From the IMG/VR virus record IMGVR_UViG_3300050120_000105, positions 1 through 60,317 of that record: a stretch of DNA of 60,317 bases. One strand, written 5' to 3'. Within the stretch, counting starts at the first letter, position 1, and every line of letters starts with the position of its first letter. The stretch comes from a virus (taxonomy: Duplodnaviria > Caudoviricetes). A program made the translations under genes and the position numbers. Under the pieces are notes generated by a model. It searched no databases, was not told the origin of the DNA, and saw only the letters and a list, made by a program, of their open reading frames with translations. Below, piece by piece: positions 55,035-60,317 of this stretch.

Positions 55035-55529
55035 ATGAACACGTCAGCAGCACTTCAACAGCCGCGCTTTGAGCAAGGCACCATCACCGTCCAGAACATC
55101 TATCCCTCGAAAGGCCAAGGCAAGTCGGCCCACATCAAGGATTCGGACGGTATGTTGTTCGGTATCTGGCCGGACAAGCTTGGCCTCGTCCAGGTCGGAG
55201 GAACTTACGAGATCGAGTTTTCCGCCAGCACCAAGAACGGCACCACGTACCGCGATATCAAGCAACTGCACATGGTGGAAAAGCCGCAGCCGCAGCCGGC
55301 GCGTTCATTGTCGTCGGCCGCGGCGCCGGCGCCGCAGACAGAGAAGCCGCAGAACGGCGGATACTACCGGCCGACAGCGCCGCAGGATTCCGAGCGCATG
55401 TTCTGCTGCAGTACGCTCAACGCCTTCATCCAGACCGGCCGCGTTGAATGTCATCGCGAGCATCTGACGATAGCGATCAACGAGCTGCGCGCGGCCTATG
55501 CGGCGACGTTCGGCGCCGACGACCACTGA
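55035..55529 (+). CDS. Possible ssDNA-binding OB-fold protein
   Basis: Beta-rich N-terminus, P/Q linker, acidic end. Confidence 0.5.
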   Translation: MNTSAALQQPRFEQGTITVQNIYPSKGQGKSAHIKDSDGMLFGIWPDKLGLVQVGGTYEIEFSASTKNGTTYRDIKQLHMVEKPQPQPARSLSSAAAPAPQTEKPQNGGYYRPTAPQDSERMFCCSTLNAFIQTGRVECHREHLTIAINELRAAYAATFGADDH

Positions 55530-55639
55530 CACCCGTTACCTCGCCAAAGGCGTAGCGGCTCCATGGCGAGGGAGGCGGCGGCGGGTTTTTAAGCATCCTC
55601 GTCGCCGCCAACTAATTCAAAGGCATCACAGGGGACACC

Positions 55640-55834
55640 ATGAACATCCAACTCAAACCGGAAACCCGCCGTTTCATCGAGGATTTTGTCGCGCACGAAA
55701 TCACCACGCTGACCGCACTCGATCCGTTCGGCATCGACGATCCCTGCCCGGGAAGCCCGGACGGCCATTACCAGTTGTGGGACGGGCCGCGCACGCTGGT
55801 ATGCGCGCATTGCGCGAAGGTGCTGTGGTCATGA
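55640..55834 (+). CDS. small Zn-finger-like protein
   Basis: CPGSPDGH...CAHC. Confidence 0.6.
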   Translation: MNIQLKPETRRFIEDFVAHEITTLTALDPFGIDDPCPGSPDGHYQLWDGPRTLVCAHCAKVLWS

Positions 55835-56064
55835 ACTCCTTCCTGATCGACGGCCCGCTGATGTCCACCTTCGATCGCCGCAAGGCGATGATCGAGCGCA
55901 TGGCGAAAGACCTGGTCAAATTCGACGCCGCGCAGAACGAAGCCGACGCGATCCGATCGCTGATGGCGCGGGGCTACTCGCCGTTCGCCGTGCTGCGCTA
56001 TGTCGACGATGCGCGGCAGGTGGCGTTCCAGAGCATTGTTGCGAGGGAGATGGCGAAGTCGTGA
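55831..56064 (+). CDS. hypothetical protein
   Basis: ATGA coupling at 55831. Confidence 0.65.
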   Translation: MNSFLIDGPLMSTFDRRKAMIERMAKDLVKFDAAQNEADAIRSLMARGYSPFAVLRYVDDARQVAFQSIVAREMAKS

Positions 56065-56152
56065 GGCCAGAGGGATGGATAGTACAACTTGAGCGTCACG
56101 GTTTAAACACCAGCGCAGCGGCTAAGTTCGATCCGCAGCTAGGAGCTACAAG

Positions 56153-56329
56153 ATGGGAAAGCGCGCGTTGATCGACATCGCCGGCGAACTCAAAGGCGAG
56201 ACCGACAAAGCTTTTCGAATTTTCGACGGCAAAACGACTGAATGGGTGCCGAAGTCGCAAGTCGAGCAGAACCCTGACGGCACTTTCACAATGCCAGAAT
56301 GGCTGGCACAGGATAAAGGATTCATCTGA
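56153..56329 (+). CDS. Small conserved phage protein (58 aa, not in ORF track)
   Basis: AGGAG RBS; ETDKA...WVPKSQ...MPEWLA.DKG. Confidence 0.75.
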   Translation: MGKRALIDIAGELKGETDKAFRIFDGKTTEWVPKSQVEQNPDGTFTMPEWLAQDKGFI

Positions 56330-56574
56330 TGGCACACGTTTACGAAGGACAACCGGATGGCCGGCAGGCCGACACGGCGATTGAAGTCAGCCGCTTTCGC
56401 CCGAAGTATCGAGCGTTGAGCAACGAAGAAAAGTCGCTGCACGACGCAATCAAGGACGAAGCCGCCGTGCTCGAAACCTTGTTCGCCAAGGTCAAGCCAG
56501 GTCGCTACAACTCGCTAGCAATCACGTCGCTCGAACAGTCAATTATGTGGATCGTCAAGGAATTGACGTCGTAA
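56329..56574 (+). CDS. Acb2/Tad1-like cyclic-nucleotide sponge (anti-CBASS candidate)
   Basis: YRALSNEE...K...E.L...PGRYNSLAITSLEQSIMW resembles the Acb2 pattern YRDLSQEE...PGRW..GKT.IQ.GMM. Confidence 0.7.
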   Translation: MAHVYEGQPDGRQADTAIEVSRFRPKYRALSNEEKSLHDAIKDEAAVLETLFAKVKPGRYNSLAITSLEQSIMWIVKELTS

Positions 56575-56657
56575 CCAAACGCGGCGCTTAGAACTTAGCC
56601 GCTGAGTCGGTGAAGCGTCGTCGCGTTTGAGTTGTACTATCCAAATCGGACTTCCAA

Positions 56658-57094
56658 TGATCAGACCGCAACGCATCGTTCACGATTCGAAACCCGGCGA
56701 TTTACTCAAACGCGCGACCGCGCCGACCGCGACAGCGCGAACCTCCGACCATGGAGATGCCGATTATTTGGCCCTTATCAGGCAAATGCCCTGCCTTTCC
56801 TGCGGCATGGAACTGTCTGAGGCCGCTCACCTACGTCTTTCAAGTGCAGCGTATGGCAAGGCGAGCGGCCTCGGGAAGAAGCCTCATGACAAGTGGGCGC
56901 TTTCATTATGCAGCCAATGCCATCGCCTGGCGAAAACAGCCCAACATAACCGCAACGAAGCCGAGTTTTGGGCAAGCCTGGGCATCAATCCCCTCAGTTG
57001 CGCCGTTGAACTTTATGCGGCGCGCGGCGATCCGGTCTCGATGCGGATGATCGTCGTGCTGACGATTGCGACGCGTTGGAAACGGGATGGATAG
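56658..57094 (+). CDS. DUF968/HNH-like Zn-binding protein
   Basis: YLALIRQMPCLSCG, EAAHL, KPHD..ALSLC..CH, QH; stop codon supplied by cassette D end. Confidence 0.75.
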
Positions 57095-57473
57095 TACAAC
57101 TTGAGCGTGAGTGACTGAGTATCGGCGATAGAGGCTAAGTTCGGAAGACAGCAAAAAGGAAACGACACGATGAAAATGACGTTACAGAGCACGACCAAGA
57201 TCGTCGAATTGAGATCACGCAGTGGTGGGGTGATGCAGGCCAGGATATGGGAGGGCACAACCGAGAATGGTGTGCCGGTCCACGCCTTCATCACACGGGT
57301 CGCGTGCCACAAGGATGAGGATAACAGCGAGCTTGAGCGCGACCTTCGCGAGCACGTCGCGCCATCCGATAATATTGGCAAAGCCTATGATTTACGCTTC
57401 TTCATCGACTAGCCGGAGGACGAACTTAGCCGCTCAGTCAGTGCAGCGTCGTGTCGGTAAAGTTGAACTATCC
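57089..57473 (+). mobile_element. Inverted-repeat cassette D (ends 57089-57142 and 57422-57473)
   Basis: GGATAGTACAACTT..GGCTAAGTTC / GAACTTAGCC..AAGTTGAACTATCC. Confidence 0.8.
57170..57412 (+). CDS. hypothetical protein (cargo of cassette D)
   Basis: AAGGA RBS; ARIWEG.T..GVPVHAFITRV. Confidence 0.7.
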   Translation: MKMTLQSTTKIVELRSRSGGVMQARIWEGTTENGVPVHAFITRVACHKDEDNSELERDLREHVAPSDNIGKAYDLRFFID

Positions 57474-57579
57474 AAATGAACGCATGTGGATTGTTTAGTT
57501 TGTGCGCAGGGAAAAACTGGAATCGACGTAAAATGATGGATGTACTTTTGAACACGCGCCCGGAGCGCTGAACCGCTAG

Positions 57580-57636
57580 ATGTCGGCTTACTACAACGAG
57601 ATCGATCCCACGGGAGAGAAACGCCATGAGCACTAG
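57580..57636 (+). pseudogene. 5' remnant of a phage cytosine methylase gene
   Basis: Encodes MSAYYNEIDP, then diverges and stops. Confidence 0.55.
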
Positions 57637-57940
57637 CACGCCAACACCTTGGAGAGTTTTCACGACAACGGATGGCCGCAAGCTGGTCGGGATCGGCGCC
57701 GATGACGGTCAGGGAATCCTCGATTGCGGTTTCGGCGTTTGGGCATGGAATGATGCTGAAGGCATCGCCAACGCAGATCTGGTCGTCAAGGCCGTGAATA
57801 ATCACGACGCGCTGGTCAGGTGTCTTGAAGGTATCCGCGACCAACGATGGAATGAAGACGCTGATTTGGATGACATCTGCAACACGGCTGAGCAAGCGCT
57901 ACGCGCTCTTGTGGCAGGACCGAAGGCAGGAAAGCCATGA
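57626..57940 (+). CDS. hypothetical protein
   Basis: TPTPW...ANADLVVKAVNNHDALV, a common phage accessory motif. Confidence 0.7.
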   Translation: MSTSTPTPWRVFTTTDGRKLVGIGADDGQGILDCGFGVWAWNDAEGIANADLVVKAVNNHDALVRCLEGIRDQRWNEDADLDDICNTAEQALRALVAGPKAGKP

Positions 57941-58860
57941 CAGACCACGCAAGCGAGCGAGAGACGAACTTTAGGGAATGTGAATACCCGAACTGCACTT
58001 GCCCGCGCCACGGTCGTTGCATGGTCGCTAAGCTGGCAGACGAATATGAAGCCGGTCTCCGAAAAATGGAAGCGGCTGGATACGAGGAATTCGCGCAGAC
58101 GATCATCAAACACAGAATGGTCATCGCCGCTCTCCGCGCACCCGCTCCAGTCGCAGTGAGGGGACGTGTAATGAACCAAAAACAATACCCCTCTGACGGC
58201 TACCCAGAGGATGATTCGGCCAACGCCGCCATCCCGCGTGAGCAGGATGCGAAGCCGGTCGCGTGGATGAACTCTGTTCATATCGAAGCCTATCAATCCG
58301 GCCAGAGGGGTGGCGTGGCGTGGACCTCCCCTATGGAGAGTGAATTTTATAATGTAGCGGTCTACGCCGCCCCGCCCTCGGATTCGCCGGGGAGCGCCCA
58401 CCAACCTCAAGGCGGCGACGCGCGGGAGGACAAATTGCGATCGTTCTTATCGATCCTTGCAGCAGCCGGTGGCCAGACCAGCGGTAACGATGACAAGTGG
58501 AACTGGATCAACTATTTCTGTGACGACGCCGAACCCTTGGACACGTTTAACCAAGCCAGCAAGCGCAAATTGACGCGCGTCACGCATGATTCAGATACGG
58601 ACAATTCCGTCGTCTATCTAACCGATGCTGGCCGCGCATTTATCGCCACCCCACCCGCCCCGGTGCGGCCTCAAGGCGGCGACGCGCGGGAGCATGAAAT
58701 CGTCGCCCTGCCGGAGAATTGGCCCTACGCGCGTAAAAAAGCATCTATTCAGGTCATCGTCGCAAGAGAGATGATGAAGGCCGGCGCCCCGCCCCCGGTG
58801 CGGGCCGCTGCCGAGCCGGGAGAGATGCCACTGCCCCACATACAGGAGAAACAAAAATGA
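57937..58860 (+). CDS. Mosaic accessory protein with internal direct repeats
   Basis: KPVAWM...VYAAPP module; PQGGDARE twice. Confidence 0.65.
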   Translation: MTDHASERETNFRECEYPNCTCPRHGRCMVAKLADEYEAGLRKMEAAGYEEFAQTIIKHRMVIAALRAPAPVAVRGRVMNQKQYPSDGYPEDDSANAAIPREQDAKPVAWMNSVHIEAYQSGQRGGVAWTSPMESEFYNVAVYAAPPSDSPGSAHQPQGGDAREDKLRSFLSILAAAGGQTSGNDDKWNWINYFCDDAEPLDTFNQASKRKLTRVTHDSDTDNSVVYLTDAGRAFIATPPAPVRPQGGDAREHEIVALPENWPYARKKASIQVIVAREMMKAGAPPPVRAAAEPGEMPLPHIQEKQK

Positions 58861-59069
58861 ATTTACCCGATATCGAAGTTGTCAGCGCTAAGGTTCACGA
58901 GTCTTGGATGGATTCAAAACGCAAGGCTGGCGTGACTTCTCGCAAACTGGAAACCGGCGAAGAACTAATGGTGCCGTATGACGATCTTTCAGAGGAAGCT
59001 AAGGAATTGGATCGCGTAGCTGTCCGCACCATCTATTCCGCAATTTACTCGACGGTCATGGCGATATGA
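58857..59069 (+). CDS. Stand-alone RyR-repeat-like domain protein
   Basis: VHESWM..K..AG...LMVPYDDLSEEAKELDR. Confidence 0.65.
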   Translation: MNLPDIEVVSAKVHESWMDSKRKAGVTSRKLETGEELMVPYDDLSEEAKELDRVAVRTIYSAIYSTVMAI

Positions 59070-59413
59070 GCGCACTTGACGACATCGCCAAAGAGCGCCA
59101 GCGCCAGATCAGCAAAGAAGGCTGGACGTTGGCACACGATGACGAGCATGACCGGGGCGAACTCGCTGATGCTGCGGCTTGCTATGCTGCCACTACGCGC
59201 GCTTTTAAGGCCGAAGAGTTCGCGGGCGTCGGCTATAAGCCCTACACGTCCTATTCCGATCTGTGGCCGCAATCCTGGTCCGACCATTGGTTCAAGCCTA
59301 AGAAAAGTCGGCGCCGCAAACTCATTATTGCGGCCGCGCTGATCGTCGCTGAGATTGAGCGCCTTGATCGCGCCGCCCTCTCCCCGGCCAGCGCCAATGA
59401 GGGGGAGACATGA
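59066..59413 (+). CDS. Conserved phage protein
   Basis: ERQRQI.KEGWT..HDDEH..GELA.AA.CYA, WP, AALIVAEIERLDR. Confidence 0.75.
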   Translation: MSALDDIAKERQRQISKEGWTLAHDDEHDRGELADAAACYAATTRAFKAEEFAGVGYKPYTSYSDLWPQSWSDHWFKPKKSRRRKLIIAAALIVAEIERLDRAALSPASANEGET

Positions 59414-59652
59414 GCGAACCAAGAAAGAAATTTGTCGGACAGCCGAAGCCCGTCGCATTCAACGTCGATGACACCGCTGAGGTCTATCGGCTGCTGAGCG
59501 AGTGCTGGGGCTATCTCAGGATGTGCCACCACAAACACGGTACGGATTGGGAAGGTCGCCAGTTTGCTATGAATGCTCTTGAAGAATTGCAGAAGCGTGA
59601 CTGGAAACTTGTTCCATCCCCGCCCAGCGCCAATGAGGGGAGCGCAGCATGA
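59410..59652 (+). CDS. hypothetical protein
   Basis: Coupled; flanked by 24-bp direct repeat. Confidence 0.65.
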   Translation: MSEPRKKFVGQPKPVAFNVDDTAEVYRLLSECWGYLRMCHHKHGTDWEGRQFAMNALEELQKRDWKLVPSPPSANEGSAA

Positions 59653-60047
59653 GCGAGAGGGAAGCCACGACGCTTTATCTTGAACGGTCGAAGGTCCGTG
59701 AAGTCCTGATCGGTCAACCGGACGAAACTCTCCAAGTCACGGAATCGATCTTGTGCGAAATCGACGCGCTACCCGCCTTCACGGCGGCGGACATCGGCGG
59801 TCGTGCCAAAGGGGCCGTGAAGCTTGATCCGCTTCCTACAGATAAATATGTGGTTGACGATCCATGGTATCGACCTGCCCAAGGAACGCCAGACCCGGAA
59901 GTGGTCGCGGCAGTTCAAGAAGCCATCATGAAGCACCCTTTTTGGAAGCCTGGGCTCGGCTCGTCAGGCTTTGCGTTTGGTTTGGCCAATACCGCCATCG
60001 AGGCTTACGTGTCGGCACTTTCGACCCCATCGACGGAGGGAAAGTAG
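59649..60047 (+). CDS. hypothetical protein
   Basis: Coupled ORF. Confidence 0.6.
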   Translation: MSEREATTLYLERSKVREVLIGQPDETLQVTESILCEIDALPAFTAADIGGRAKGAVKLDPLPTDKYVVDDPWYRPAQGTPDPEVVAAVQEAIMKHPFWKPGLGSSGFAFGLANTAIEAYVSALSTPSTEGK

Positions 60048-60050
60048 CAA

Positions 60051-60317
60051 ATGAAGGCTTGCAAAGATTGTCGATGGGCGCAGCGCAGATGGTTTGGTGC
60101 CTTAGAATGCCACCATCCCGTTATAGGAAAACGAGAGGAAGATCGCGATCCCGTGACCGGAAAAGTTGAAAGTGCCGGCTACCGGTCGTGTTCCGTTAAT
60201 CGAATGCATAGCAATGACGATTGTGGTTACGAAGGTTGGCTCTGGGAATATAAGGGCGGTCTAAGCCTAATGCTTAGAGCCAGATTCCAAGCTTTGAAAC
60301 ATATTAGGTTTTGCTTT
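60051..60317 (+). CDS. 5' part of origin-spanning Cys-rich protein
   Basis: GGAGG RBS; MKACKDCRW; continues into 21..350. Confidence 0.6.
   Translation, partial: MKACKDCRWAQRRWFGALECHHPVIGKREEDRDPVTGKVESAGYRSCSVNRMHSNDDCGYEGWLWEYKGGLSLMLRARFQALKHIRFCF

Larger units (their letters stand above)
56077..56642 (+). mobile_element. Inverted-repeat cassette C (ends 56077-56129 and 56591-56642); two cargo genes
   Basis: GGATAGTACAACTT..GGCTAAGTTC / GAACTTAGCC..GAGTTGTACTATCC. Confidence 0.8.
1..60317. mobile_element. Whole temperate-type dsDNA tailed phage (P22-like podovirus architecture), probable Rhizobiales host
   Basis: TerS/TerL, P22-like portal, scaffold, coat, gp4/gp10-like, injection, tailspike, lysis and cI/cro modules in phage synteny; terminal overlap. 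Confidence 0.93.

Noticed and set aside
45598-57473. Cassette ends as integron attC sites, Xer dif sites or CRISPR repeats
   Set aside because: They occur as inverted pairs rather than direct arrays, are shorter than attC and lack GTTRRRY, do not match the 11-6-11 dif layout, and there is no intI or cas gene.

Overview
This looks like a complete, circularly assembled ~60.2 kb temperate-type phage genome (126-bp terminal overlap) with a P22-like podovirus head/injection module. It most likely infects an alphaproteobacterium (Rhizobiales/Bradyrhizobium-like), inferred from the GapR-family gene and overall gene content. A leftward arm (53170 to 3991) carries cro/cII, replication, a NusG paralog, terminase, portal, coat, head completion, injection, tailspikes, lysis and a giant double-GH5 glycanase. 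A rightward arm (53254, across the origin, to 3574) carries cI, accessory genes, a C5 methylase and xis. No integrase was found. The most unusual signals are non-coding. (1) Four gene cassettes are each bracketed by inverted 52-54 bp bipartite ends (GGAYAGTWCAACTY-N28-30-GGCTAAGTTC); their cargo is a GapR-like protein, a DNA methylase, an Acb2-like anti-CBASS sponge and an unknown gene, and no cognate recombinase is present. (2) Six copies of a 33-bp palindromic mini-element sit at the apex of small hairpins, one nested inside another copy. (3) Short 3'-end junction repeats delimit accessory genes, including an 'empty' 13-codon unit. Many virion-region proteins also carry Sec-type signal peptides. 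All family assignments come from motif recognition by eye, not from database searches.
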